NCBI GenBank assembly: GCA_964016885.1
Contig: OZ024753.1
Location: forward strand, 40,548,001 to 40,612,000
Direction of reading: 5' to 3'
Source: Eledone cirrhosa
Taxonomy: Eukaryota
Length of the DNA stretch: 64,000 nucleotides
The notes under the pieces: model-generated
The model's database searches: none
Told to the model about the DNA's origin: nothing
Seen by the model: the letters and a program-made list of their open reading frames with translations, nothing else
Shown here: positions 14,182-27,042 of the stretch, piece after piece
How positions within the stretch are numbered: the stretch's first letter is position 1
How the letters are laid out: every line of letters begins with the position of its first letter
Made by a program: the position numbers and the translations under genes

Positions 14182-14324
14182 TACGTTATTCCGGGTTGAA
14201 TCGGAGGTAACCACAGTAATTAAGGTACTCAATACATTGCAGAGTATAAAAGAAAAGTTTTAATATAGATGAGATTCCTGATGATTTCTAAAGAATGAAA
14301 CAGTTCTAGTCCTGTAGAATCTCA

Positions 14325-14330
<6 letters not shown>
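14180..14330. mobile_element. Family B fold-back element
   Basis: Same sequence as 23255-23398, 48895-49086 and 51865-52070; bounded by (TA)n. Confidence 0.85.
14273..14321 (+). ncRNA. Type I hammerhead ribozyme motif (family B)
   Basis: GAUUC-CUGAUGA-u UUCU aa AGAA u-GAA-ACAG uucuaguc CUGU-A|GAAUC, GUA triplet. Confidence 0.78.
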
Positions 14331-14391
<61 letters not shown>

Positions 14392-14816
14392 GAACAGACA
14401 AATGTATAAATAAATTTATAAAAAATTAGATAAAAAATGAAGAAAGAATGAGACAGATAAATAAATGAATAAATATGTATCGCTGATGTTCAAAATTCCT
14501 ATCACTCCAATCTTATGATTGTTGTTGTTGTTGTTGTTGTTGATCTTGCTTTCGTTTTTTTTCCTCATTTAGTTTTTCCTATTTTCTTGTTTATAATATC
14601 GACACAAAAATTCATATCAAGCGGTTTACATATGCTGTCAATTTTAGTTTTTCATGTATATATTTTCTTCTAATTTATTAATATTTTCTGTCAAATATTT
14701 ATTCATATATTCCATCACTTGTTTTACGTATTTATTTATTTATTCAATTATTTAATTAATAAAGTTAATTAATTAATTATTTATTACTCTCTTTTGTATT
14801 TTAATTTATGACAAAA

Positions 14817-14953
14817 AGTTACGGCCTTTTATGGTCTGAGTTCAAATCCCACCGAGGTTAACTTTGCCTTTCATCCTTACGGGGTCAATAAAATAAAGTA
14901 CCAGTAATACACTGGGAATAATTGCTGGCCTTGTGCCTAGTAGAAACAATTAT
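14817..14953 (+). mobile_element. tRNA-derived SINE (Meta-domain-like core)
   Basis: B box GAGTTCAAATCC at 14838, core GCCTTTCATCCTTACGGGGTC-ATAAAATAAAGTACCAG, (ATT)n-type tail. Confidence 0.88.
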
Positions 14954-15009
14954 TTCTACCATAGATTCAAGCTATTACTTTATTAGCAGTGTATAGTATT
15001 TTATATTGA

Positions 15010-15305
15010 ACCAGTAGATCAGGGTTAGTTAAAGTTACGATGAAAAGCCAAGGTGACATCGGTAGAATTTGAACTCAGAACAGATCACAGAGTAACCCAA
15101 CGCCGAAATATCCGACGCTCCAACGATTCTGCCAATCTCTTGTCACGCGAATCGTATTATAGATCTTATTGTTGATATTCAATATTCTCTAAAATGCTCG
15201 GTTAACTTTGCTTTCATCCTTTCGGGGTCGATAAAATAAAGTACCAGTAACACACTGGGGTAGATTTATTCAATGTTCCCGCCCCCCAAAGCAGAAACTA
15301 TTATT
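15010..15305. mobile_element. Two further SINE copies (about 15010-15135 minus, 15199-15305 plus)
   Basis: Match to the SINE core and to A/B box remnants. Confidence 0.7.
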
Positions 15306-16129
15306 GATATTCATTAATACATAGATGTATTTTTCTTATTTAATTCCATGTTCTCTCTGGCGATGGTGACTCATTCAGATTTTTTTAATATTTAGTTTTC
15401 TATTGTGTAGTGTATTCTACTTTATATACGTTTGCCTGTTATACAGATTTTGAGCAAACTTTCCCTGCAATATACGTTTTAATCATGTCATTTCCCTGAG
15501 ATAAATAATTCATTTTGACATCTAGACTATTTCCAAAGTTTTTAAATAAAACTTTAATGGCGAAGGAAGAAGGTTTGACATACACTCATGTGGCATCTAT
15601 TTAATTATTTATTGTTGCTGTAAAGAGCTTCAGATAGATATATGATAGGTATATGATAGAAATATTGTTCATTAGTACCAAGATGTTGTATTGTGTTATC
15701 TATATATTTTCTTGATATACTCAAAAACGAAAGTTGGAGTTCATGTTCGAATCACGTATCGGTTCAATTTATGTTAAAGAAGATAAATCATTTATTTTCA
15801 TTCATTCTATTCCTTTAAAAATATCAAAATCTTTTATCAAAGTCTATAGGATATTGTAAAAGAACTAAAAGCTAAAGGAACTGTTTGTTGACAGTCTCCC
15901 ATCCGATACTTATTATATATATACATATAGAAGAAATAGGGACTGTGTAGTTGCTGGATAAAGTGTATTTATAAATAAGAGGAAATCACGAACGAGGGAT
16001 AATATAGTCATTAAACGGGTAAGTGCTGAATCTCGATCAAGTCTCATAACTTAGCCATTAAATGAATACCTAAACTCTACTTCAGTATTGAGTACATTTT
16101 GTCACGTCCGTCAATAATACATTGATATA

Positions 16130-16404
16130 TCTATCTATCTAAGGCGGGTAAAATTCCCGAGATCCATGGACGAGTTCTCTCCAGCGGTCTCTGTCCCTCA
16201 TTATCGCTGCCATATCCTGCATCTCCAACAGACCAGAGTCTGTCCTTAGGGCATCAACATATGTTAACCTTGGTCTTCCTCTTCTAGTGTGTCCATGTAG
16301 GGGCTCCCAAAGGAGCACTGAGTGCAATGTCAACTCTGGATGTCGGTGAGCATGTCCAGCCAACCTCAGTCTCCTCTGTGTCACTTTTGAGCTGACTTTT
16401 GGGA
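16130..16404 (-). mobile_element. RTE-clade LINE 3' end with a (TAGA)n tail
   Basis: ORF QRRLRLAGHAHRHP...RRGRPRLTYVDALRTD...RDRWRELVH; same family as 6990-7598. Confidence 0.9.
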
Positions 16405-16422
16405 TATATATATATATATATA

Positions 16423-16568
16423 ATCAAATAAAACAAGGGCGAGTGGTAACGCCTTCATTTCGTTTATTGGTTGGTGACGCGCGTTTCACCACCGACCAGC
16501 TCAGTGTTCGATCTGTATCGATCTAGCCTGACTCTGTAATCCACGGCTCCTCAGACTCTTTTAGTGGG

Positions 16569-16569
<1 letters not shown>
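16423..16569 (-). mobile_element. Penelope-like fragment with a hammerhead motif and extended helix II
   Basis: Minus strand: CTGAGGA (16548-16554), GCCG...TGGT, GAAACGCGCGTC (16476-16487), then AATAAA. (TA)n on both sides; helix I is weak. Confidence 0.65.
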
Positions 16570-16601
<32 letters not shown>

Positions 16602-16609
16602 ATGTGTAT

Positions 16610-17000
16610 GTAAAAGGTAAACAGAAATAACACAGTCCGTACAGTATATGGAAGGGATATATTAGGTTAACGCTTGATATAGCAGGAAGAGGGTCTTAAC
16701 GTTTCGGACGCTAGTCCTTCATCAGAAGAAAGAATGAGAAATAAGATAGATTGGGGAGACCGGCGGGTTGGAATTGGAGAAAATGTCTTTAGATAAAAAT
16801 AACAGATCCATTCATGTTGACTTCTCTTGCACCTTTATATAGGGGGGGGGGGGTCCATCGTTTACATGTGTGTGTGTGTGAGTGTGTGCACAACCACGTT
16901 AGCACGTGTGTAGAGAAAGAGAAAGCGAGAGAGAGAGAGATGTTAAAGTGAGAAAGTACAACGACAAAAAGATCACGCCATGACATCTGGCTGTGTACCA
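16610..17000 (-). mobile_element. Penelope-like pLTR with a TATA-like box and a hammerhead
   Basis: TATATAAA on the minus strand at 16834-16841, about 105 nt upstream of the ribozyme; boundaries are approximate. Confidence 0.55.
16694..16729 (-). ncRNA. Minimal type I hammerhead ribozyme motif
   Basis: UCUU-CUGAUGA-a GGAC uagc GUCC-GAAACGUU|AAGA, with a palindromic AACGUU helix III as in Penelope-type minimal hammerheads. Confidence 0.85.
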
Positions 17001-17362
17001 TTAATAGGTTACAATTAACTAGATGTCACGTGAATGGTCATTTTTCTTACATTAAGCTCTATCAAACCTTTAATCCCTCATTGACATTCCAAAGTAATTT
17101 CAACATTTCCTTACTTCGTGCCGCTAACATTTTCGGCTCATCTTCCGTGTATGCACTAATGCAAACACACACATACACACGCGCACACGCACGCGCACAC
17201 ACACACATACATACATACATACATACATACATACATACATACATACATACATACATACATACATACATACATACATACATGTGTATATATTATATATATA
17301 TATACATTATATACTACATAATATATATGCGAAAATAAACACGCAGTCAAACGCACACGTAT

Positions 17363-17398
<36 letters not shown>

Positions 17399-18646
17399 TA
17401 TGTGCGTGCTTGTGTGGTGTATGTCCTCGGGTGTTTGTGCATGTGTGTGTGCGTACTCCTTAATATATACATACATGTATATAATATTTGTTCACCCTAA
17501 TTACTATATGATTCTCTAATTTTGTACCCACTAATTGTCCTTTAAACCTAAAATGAACCCACTCTCCTCCCAAAATCTCCCTAATATTTCCACATCTGAT
17601 TCCCATATGAACCTAGAACTCAGATGGAATTAGAAACTGCTGTGTGACCATTTAATTGCAATTTTCTATCTGTGTATTATTTTTTTTTAATTTATTATAT
17701 TTATTACTATTTTTTTAGTATCTTATATTTCGGAAGGTCAGTATGTTACTCTCTTGTTAGTGTATTATTTTTATCCTTTACTCAAATTAATATTCTTTTT
17801 AGCCGTTGATAAAGTCTTCTAAATGTCAAATCTTCCAATTATATGAAAAATGAAAAGTTTATATGTATAAATATCTCCAGGCCTTAAATGTACTTAATAA
17901 GACGAAAATATAAGTTCAGTGAAATTTTCTTTATTGTAGGCCAATAAACCCCATCATTTATGTTAAAAGTTTTGGCATATTTATTGAAATATTCAACATA
18001 TGTCCGAGGCCAGGTTTGCAAATTTGTAAAGTTCAGGAAATTATTCTACATGAAACAACAGTAAATAGAAAATTACCAGAGAGAAAGAGAGTGAATGTGT
18101 GTGTGTGTGTATGAGAGAGACATGTGCAAACAAATGCACATATGGTCATATAAACAACATTGAAACAAGTCTATTGCAAATAGAGCCAAAGTTAAACTAC
18201 GTGGGAAGAGAGACTTGTTCCTTTATACACTATGCATATATATAAATATATATATATATATGTATTGTGTGTATGTACACCCATAGAGATTGTCACATTG
18301 AAACATACGTAAAGTATAGATAACAAAAATTCTGGGAACATGTAAATATAGATATAAAGTTATATACAGATTGACAAACGGAGATAAATAAACAAAAAGT
18401 AAGATTCATAAATTAGTAGATAGATAGATTGATATATATATATATCTATATATATATATATAGATATATAGATATATCTATATATATATATATATATCTA
18501 TAGATATATATATATATATCTATAGATATATATATATATATATAGATATATCTATATATCTATATATATATATATATATATAGATATATAGATATATATA
18601 TAGACAGATAAAAAAAAATATATATATATATATAGATAGATAGATA

Positions 18647-18683
<37 letters not shown>

Positions 18684-19121
18684 CTATGTAGACAGATAGA
18701 TAGATAGATAGATCGATAAATAGATAGATAGATGAATTGATGGATGAATAACTGGATAGATTGATATAGATAGATAGATAGTTCCCTGGATTGTAATATG
18801 TCCAATAAATTCCTTTCGGCGCAACACTGATTCTCTTCTTTTCTGTGATATCATACTCTGCTCTACGAGGGCATTGAGTGCTGATAAGGCCTACCGCATA
18901 CGGACGCTTTAAGCATCCAACACCAATTATATATATATATATATACATATATATATTATATACATATATATATAGACCAATAAATAGAGAAAGAAATAAA
19001 GACGACAGTAAAAGAAAATTTTAGCTTGGAAATTTAAACGATATATATGAAAATGCTCACAAATAGGTGTATATGTGTGTGTGTGCTTGTATCACACACA
19101 CACACACATATACATATACAT

Positions 19122-19185
<64 letters not shown>

Positions 19186-19403
19186 AGGCAGAACATGTGT
19201 AAAGATAGGAAAGCCTGTCTAACATTAGACACAGCTGGTCATCAGTTTAATTCTGATAACCGATATTCTAAATTGGGAACAAAACTTGTGCTTGTTTGCC
19301 AGTTATTTACATAATGAATACAGGGGAATCTCTTTTACATTTTCGTTCATCCACCTTACACTACACTTCCGGCTCTGTCTTCATGCCTTTCTCTCTTTCT
19401 CTC

Positions 19404-19506
<103 letters not shown>

Positions 19507-19739
19507 ATATATATATATATATATATTTGTGTGTAGGTGTCTATGTGTGTACGTGAGGGTGTTTGAGTGCGTGTTGATGTGTACATGTTATGCTTCTTTT
19601 TGTGGTAGTAGGTGGAGGATCGTATGCAGCGATAATTGCGAGGTACGACGTTATATATATATATATATATATATATATTGCAAGGTTTTTTAATATGAAA
19701 TCGTGTGTCGAAACAAATTAACAAATACATTCATTATTG

Positions 19740-19843
19740 AGATATAAAAGATACAGAAGCGAAAACCAACCAAACAGTGAGTGTTTTCTGTTGTTATTTC
19801 TGGCAATATTATTACACCAATATGACCCTCCCCAAGTATAACA

Positions 19844-19848
<5 letters not shown>
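19740..19848. mobile_element. Interspersed repeat fragment abutting (TA)n
   Basis: Reverse-complement match to 59882-59992; its end resembles 37124-37150. Confidence 0.7.
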
Positions 19849-19876
<28 letters not shown>

Positions 19877-19945
19877 CGGTAAACATTGATGTAATTCAAT
19901 TCGAGAACTCAAAGTACATTTTTCCACATAGGAATGACGGAGTAT

Positions 19946-19984
<39 letters not shown>

Positions 19985-19986
<2 letters not shown>

Positions 19987-20165
19987 CGAAGGAGTTGTGG
20001 TAAGGAACCAGATGGACCATAACGCACCAGAGTACTCAATACTTAGGGTAGTAGAGTGGGTAATAGGAAAACGTATGACCCTGACGGCAGAGCTCAAGCT
20101 ATTTCTGGACTGAAATAGCCGTCGAAACGGCTTGAGCTCTGCCGTCGGGGGTCATACTTTTTCCT
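19985..20165. mobile_element. Family A fold-back element
   Basis: Matches 6139-6341. Confidence 0.85.
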
Positions 20166-20262
20166 ATATATATATATATATATATATAGGAAAAAGTATG
20201 ACCCAAGGCTCTGATACCATCAACACTATAAACACAGAGCTGGCATATCTAAGAACTGAATA

Positions 20263-20318
20263 ACTGCCTGATGTGGTGATAGCCATTCAATGGCTATCAT
20301 CGAAATATTTATAGCAGT
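20263..20318 (+). ncRNA. Type I hammerhead motif (family D) with an A9U mutation
   Basis: ACUGC-CUGAUGU-GGUGAUAGC...GCUAUCAUC-GAAAUAUUUAUA|GCAGU, within element 20190-20342. Confidence 0.75.
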
Positions 20319-20458
20319 AAATAAAGAATTATGAGTTCATGCATATATATATATGATAAATAGATATATATGATTGATAGATAGATATGTAGAGAAAGAG
20401 AGAGCGTGGTGGTGGAGGGGATTGCTCAAAGTTGGCAACTTCCAACACTTAAAGTCAT

Positions 20459-20646
20459 AGTTATTTCTACTTTAGGCACAAGGCCAGCAATTATTCCAGT
20501 GCATTACTGGTACTTTATTTTATCGACCCCGTAAGGATGAAAGGCAAAGTCAACCTCGGCGGGATTTGAACTCAGATCGTAAAGGGACGTAACTATGCTG
20601 GAAAGCTTGGCGTCCGACCCTCTAACGATACTGCCAATCCACCGCC
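20459..20646 (-). mobile_element. Full-length tRNA-derived SINE
   Basis: A box, B box, core and tail are all present on the minus strand. Confidence 0.9.
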
Positions 20647-20719
20647 ATATTAACAACAAACAACACTGTTTATAACCACCAACCTGAACAACACCCATTA
20701 CCATAAGAACAAATGCTGC

Positions 20720-21065
20720 TACTGTGTTACATTAATATTCCAATACTTCTACCTTGGTCACCATATCGACACAGTAACAACCACAATACACGACAACAAA
20801 TATAATTGTTTCTACTTCAGGCACAAGGCCAGCAATTATTCCAGTGTATTACTGGTACTTTACTGTGTTTCATTAATATTCCAATACTTCTACCTTGATC
20901 ACCATATCGACACAGTAACAACCACAATACACGACAACAAATATAATTGTTTCTACTTTAGGCACAAGGCCAGCAATTATCCCAGTGCATTACTGGTACT
21001 TTATTTTATCGACCCCCGTAAGGATGAAAGGTAAAGTTAACCTCGGCGGGATTTGAGCTTACATC
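20720..21065. repeat. About 140-bp tandem duplication including a SINE 3' end, plus SINE 20945-21065 on the minus strand
   Basis: 20720-20862 is repeated at 20862-21005. Confidence 0.85.
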
Positions 21066-21239
21066 ATAAAATGAAATGACACTAACAAAACAAGTGTAAT
21101 GACATAACACACATTCCTCGTTATTGAGTTCTACTATCATAACCACAATCTCCAACACCACCTCTACCAACCACTGGTAACTATAAAAACACCCCCACAA
21201 AATAAAAAAAAAACAGATATTATTAATATCACCAGCTTC

Positions 21240-21990
21240 TCCATCGCCACCATCACCACCACTACCACCACCAACAACATCAACTCTACCACCACCACCA
21301 GTACTACCACCACTACTACCACCACTACCACCAACACCTCCAACAACAACAACTCCAACACCACTACTACCAAAATCAACACCAACACTACTCCTACCAT
21401 CAAAAAAAACCACAACTCCACCACCACTACCACCTTCCACCAGAAGCACCATCATCACCACTACCAACACCACCACCACCATCACCACCACCACCATCAC
21501 CACTACCACCATCACCACCATCACCAGAAGCACCACCAACATCACCACCGTCACCACTACTACCACCACCATCACCGACACCAGAAGCACCAGCGACACC
21601 ACCACCATCACCACCACCACCACTACTACCACCAGAAGCATCACCGACACCACCACCGCCACCACTATCACCACCACCACTACTACCAGAAGCACCACCA
21701 CCAGAAGCACCACCGACACCATCACCACCACCACCACCACGAGAAGCACCACCGACACCACCTCCATCACCACCATCACCACCACCACCACCAGAAGCAC
21801 CACCGACACCACCACCATCACCACCCCTATCACCACCACCACCACCACTATCACCACCACCACCACCACCACTACTACCAGAAGCACCACCTCCATCACC
21901 ACCTGCACTAAAAATAATCAGGATGCTCACAACAAACATTAGCACAACAACGACCACAACAATCACCACCACCACCACCACCACCACCAA
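21240..21990. repeat. (CAC)n-derived low-complexity tract
   Basis: Directly visible; poly-V and poly-G ORFs are artefacts. Confidence 0.95.
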
Positions 21991-22043
21991 TACATAACTC
22001 ACAACAACAGCAATATCAACAGCAACAACAACAGCGACAACAT

Positions 22044-22092
<49 letters not shown>

Positions 22093-22260
22093 GATACACG
22101 TGTTATAAAACATCAATGTTTTTACGTTGCCATTTAATACAAAACAATTTGCTTCAGGTCTGTCAACAAGAACGCCACGGTGCCGTCAAGCTTTCGCCAT
22201 TATCTCACATCATAACACGTGTTCAAAAAACTTACAAAATATATACTTGTTTTTTCTCTC

Positions 22261-22320
<60 letters not shown>

Positions 22321-22342
22321 ATAAAAGGAAAGAGAGATAAAG

Positions 22343-22380
<38 letters not shown>

Positions 22381-22451
22381 TATAATCTTTATCTCTCTCT
22401 TTCCTTTTATCATTTCTTTTTCTCTCTCTCTGTCTCCTTTTATCATTTCTT

Positions 22452-22488
<37 letters not shown>

Positions 22489-22978
22489 ATTATTTCTTTC
22501 TTTCTTTCTCTCTCTCTTTCCTTTTATCAATTCTTCTCTCCCCCCTCTCTCTCTCGCTTTCTCTATCTCTCAGTAATTCTTACTCTATTCCACTCACTCT
22601 TCCTTTCTTGTGACTCACACAAAAGCTGTAACAATTTCTTTCTAAATTTTTTCTTCGATTCAATGCTGTGTTTTTCCCCTTCTATTTCGTAGTATGTGTA
22701 TGTTTAGTTTTACATCTTGCTGTAATATCTGGCTGTGTGTATTTAAATTGTATTTTGCCAATGCTATGTTTGTTTGATGTTGACGTTGTATATTTTTACA
22801 TTTATTTAAACCTGCACTCTAGCTTTTCTAAAAATAATATTTCGTACCTCCTCAATCCTTGTCAGTTCTAAAACATTCCTATTATTATTAGTCGACTTAC
22901 CTACATTATTACGTAAATGGCATGGTATTATTATTTCTATTGCAAAAAGCAAATATATATATATATATATATAAATAT

Positions 22979-23108
22979 AACGAAGGAAATGTGGTAAGGA
23001 ACCAGGTGGACCATAACGCACCAAAGTACTCAATACTTAGGGTAGTAGAGTTTCTCCAGAATTAGCGGTCGAAACGGCTTGAGCTCAGCCGTCGGGGTCC
23101 TACTCGTT

Positions 23109-23112
<4 letters not shown>
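22979..23112. mobile_element. Family A element with an internal deletion
   Basis: Matches 6139-6341. Confidence 0.85.
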
Positions 23113-23152
<40 letters not shown>

Positions 23153-23254
23153 GAAATCCCTTTTCTTTAAACACATCAAACCAATGACCTCAACCCATCC
23201 CAATCACCAACCTCTCCTACCACTAGAAAATATATAAACACCACCATAATACTT

Positions 23255-23398
23255 GGACAGCCGGCTTCCTGATGATTTCTCCGGAATGAATCAGTTCTAG
23301 TCCTGTAGAAGCCTTTCTACATTAAATATTTATACTCTGCTTTGTATTGAGTACCTTACTTACTGTGGTTACCCCCGATTGAACCCGGGATAAACGTA
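23255..23398 (+). mobile_element. Family B element with a hammerhead at 23263-23313
   Basis: GGCUUC-CUGAUGA...GAAU (mutated from GAAA)...CUGUA|GAAGCC; single arm ending in (TA)n. Confidence 0.8.
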
Positions 23399-23691
23399 TA
23401 TATATATATATATATATACACACCCAGAGAGAGAGAGAGAGAGAATCTGTGGTGCTGAGACCGTGGAAACCACTAATCATAAGAATATTCCATGCATATA
23501 TATTATGTAAAACATATGGCAAACTGAAATAGCCCTTCCTATGTACTCGGAGGTAACCGAAGTAACCTAACGTTATTGACACTTCGTGAATCTCCGAGTT
23601 TGGTGTAATTTTTTTAAAATAAAATAAAATAGTTATATCTATGTTTACATACTGAGGGCTCATTCTAGTGATTACAGTCCCACATACACGA

Positions 23692-23725
<34 letters not shown>

Positions 23726-24106
23726 TTAAGGATACTATTTATGGTTATGTATATACTAAAACTTTTTATAGTTATATATATTTTAAACCCTAAACAGTGA
23801 AAGACAGTAATTTATTACTACCTTATTACCAGTAAGATAAATAGTTCAATGTAATAACATCAGTTGTTCTACAGAGCAGTTATATAGAAATTACATGAAT
23901 CAAATTATTATAATGGATGTCACCCCACTGTGCATCGATATATACATATGTTTCTGTATGTCTCTTGTGTTGGAAAGGAGGTCATGTATGTAAACAATCA
24001 TTGAAAAATTGCTCCGAAGACCCCAAACCTCGGTTTGGAAAAAACAATTGTATGCTAATAAATAGTTTGAACAGAACTTTGATTCATGTAATTTCTATAT
24101 ATATAT

Positions 24107-24137
<31 letters not shown>

Positions 24138-24182
24138 GTGACGAAACATAAGTCAATTGCATGAACACATAATCCTTTATTT

Positions 24183-24238
24183 ACTGCTATATATATTTCG
24201 ATGATAGCAATTGAATGGCTATGACCTCATCAGGCAGT
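24183..24238 (-). ncRNA. Intact type I hammerhead ribozyme motif (family D)
   Basis: ACUGC-CUGAUGA-GGUCAUAGC cauucaauu GCUAUCAUC-GAA-AUA ua UAU-A|GCAGU followed by AAUAAA, within element 24138-24303. Confidence 0.88.
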
Positions 24239-24316
24239 TAGTCAGTTCTTAGATATGCCAGCTCTGTGTTTTTGGTGTTGATGGTTTCAGAGCCTTGGGA
24301 CATATATATATATAAA

Positions 24317-24430
24317 TAACAAAGAAGTTGTGATACGATACCAGGTGGACCATAATGGATGAGAGTACTAGTTCGGATCTAGCTGTCGAAACGGCCGGAG
24401 CTCAGCCGTCGGGGTCCTGACTCTTTTCAT
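24317..24430. mobile_element. Diverged family A element retaining a GATGA core remnant
   Basis: GATGA (24358-24362), then GA..CTAG/CTAG..TC, then GAAACGGC. Confidence 0.7.
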
Positions 24431-24449
24431 ATATATATATATATATACA

Positions 24450-24484
<35 letters not shown>

Positions 24485-25224
24485 GGATTGGGTATATGCA
24501 GAGAATGAAAGCGTACTGAAAAGTCTTAACTACAGAGCAGATCCGCCAAAAAGCTGCTTTCATCGAGAACAAATATTTTAATCTATACATACATCAAGTC
24601 AAGTCACCAAACCAGCACCGCGAACAAAAGTATGAACTTCTCAGTGGGCTCTTCTTTGAGGAAGGTTGCTATGCACATGTATGACAACCAAACTAAAACC
24701 TGGAACAAAGACCACACAAATGATACTATTACTGGAACAGACACTAAACACGTGTAAACATAAAGGAACAAATGAAGATTACAAACAGCTTAAAATACTG
24801 CTCACAGCAAAATTTAATCAAAACTTCGTTATTTACATCGACAAACTACAACAAGAAAGGGATTAGGAGACGAGTCGTTAATAATTTTACTGATTTTTGT
24901 TAGCTGTGATCGATCAATTTGCTAAAGAAAATAACATCTAACAGGAATAGAAACTCCCAAGGTTTTTTTTTAAGTTGAATGTCCTATTGTATTGTGTTGC
25001 ATTAAGCAGTCTGCAACAGATGGTGTAAGATAGATCAATTAAACCGAAAGCTCACAACTGAAATTGAACACATGTTCCTTCAAGAAAAAAATGGACAGCC
25101 TGCGGAAAACCATCGGACAAGTCATTACTATCAACAGATGCAATGTGAGTAATACATTCACAAATTACTAACTGTGATTATATGATATATAAAAGCTTTA
25201 AATAGAAGAGATATTCGTTGTCTG

Positions 25225-25800
25225 ACTTGTGAGGGCCGAGTGGCACAAAAGCATTTGCAATCGGGTATGATGATCCCAATTTCCAAAAAGCGAGACAAGA
25301 GAGATTGTTCCAATTATAGAGGACTCTCCTTGTTATAGCACTACGGTAAATTCTATGCTAAGTACCTAACAAATATTTGTAGGGAGATTGACGAGCCCAA
25401 GCGAACTGATGGGCATTGTGGTTTTTTGCCCCGGACGCAACACAGCCGACCAAATAATCAAATTGCGGCTGGTGTTTGAAAAACCATGGGGGTACTGCTA
25501 TGAGATGTATTCTTACATCGTAGACCTCGACTATGATCCACAAGATTTGCTGAGGAAGATTCTGTAGGAGCATGCGACGGATGACCAGTCTCTATTTGTT
25601 CGTATGTCTTTATACGAATGCCCTGGGCTAAATCGAGGCAATTCGATGTGGAAACCGGACTCGGCCAAAGTTTCTTACTTTTCCGTCTCCAGTTCATAAT
25701 TTTAATGAATACCAAGATTAGAGATTTTACATTGTGTTCCTCCAGGAGAAGATTATCCCATTATCATTTGCTTGTGAAGCAACAAGAGGTAATGTATGTT
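25225..25800 (+). pseudogene. Degenerate RTE-type reverse transcriptase fragment
   Basis: Across frames: MIPISKKRDKRDCSNYRGLSLL*HYGKFYAK, CGF, ADQIIKLRLVFEKPW and KSRQFDVETGLGQSFLLFRLQFIILMN; contains stops and frameshifts. Confidence 0.85.
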
Positions 25801-26710
25801 TTTCGTGCAGTTTGGGCAAACATTTAAAAAGCAACATTGATGGCTTTGAAAAATATTCTTATGCCATACTATTTCAATCTAAGACAACTATATATTATAA
25901 ATATAATATATTCTCCTCAAAATATGGTTATTTTTAGCACACAGGTCGAGCATAGGGTTAGCGACCATTGCTATAACTGGCTTTGCTTTAGGAAACAGTT
26001 TTCTGTGTTTAAATATGAAATATGTACATTCTGAAAACATGTATCTCCAATGTATTTGAGGAAGGTAGCGATGCAGATAGCGTTTTCTTTTTTTGTCTTT
26101 TCCCAGTTTAGATGTTCAGGGTTTTTTGGGGGGTTTTTTTTTGGCTTTTTTTTTCTAGAACAGATTAACATCATCTAAGCTGGAATAACCATTTCTATTC
26201 GGAACAACTATTTCTCATAAAAAGAAAGATGACGGTTTGTTATTATAATGCTTTAGCATCCTGATAGATTTCGTCTAGTATTTTTTTAACAGCTACATAT
26301 AGACGTTCATTGCAATTTCACTAGCTTTTTGAACATATCTGAATAGGTATTTATCTAAATGTAGAAACAACGTGCAGTAAAATATTTTTTGTGCTGTTTG
26401 TGTTGGTTTTAGTTGTTAATGTTGTAAATGGAAATTGTCACAGTAAAAGCAAAATACCACGCCATGAGAATATTCTATATATTCCAGCCTGAAATATTAA
26501 GTGAAAAGTGTTTCTCACATATATATATAACAGGACAAAATGCGAGAAAGAACTAAACTGAGTTTGTTCGGCATAATTGAAGAAGAAAACGTGAATATAT
26601 ATTTTCAATTAATATCTACACCTGTTGATAACGAGCCCACTTTTTTGCGCAAACATTTGACACACGCACTCACACATACACACATACACGCACACACACA
26701 CACACACACG

Positions 26711-26808
<98 letters not shown>

Positions 26809-26825
26809 TATCTATATATCTCTCT

Positions 26826-26859
<34 letters not shown>

Positions 26860-26861
<2 letters not shown>

Positions 26862-27042
26862 CGAAGGAAATGTGGTAAGGAACCAGATGGACCACAACGC
26901 ACCAAAGTACTCAATACTTAGGGTAGTAGAGTGGGTAATAGGAACAAGTATGACCCCGACGGCCGAGCTTAAGCCGTTTCGACGGCTAATTGTGGACTCG
27001 AAACGGCTTGAGCTCTGCCGTCGGGGTCATACTTGTTTCTAT
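26860..27042. mobile_element. Family A fold-back element
   Basis: Matches 6139-6341. Confidence 0.85.

Noticed and set aside
14817-14953. tRNA gene
   Set aside because: The A/B boxes belong to SINE heads and no cloverleaf forms.
18880-18915. CTGATAA motif near (TA)n
   Set aside because: No downstream GAAA or NUH arrangement.
21006-22116. Gly-rich or Val-rich long ORFs
   Set aside because: They come from a (CAC)n tract, and one runs into a SINE.
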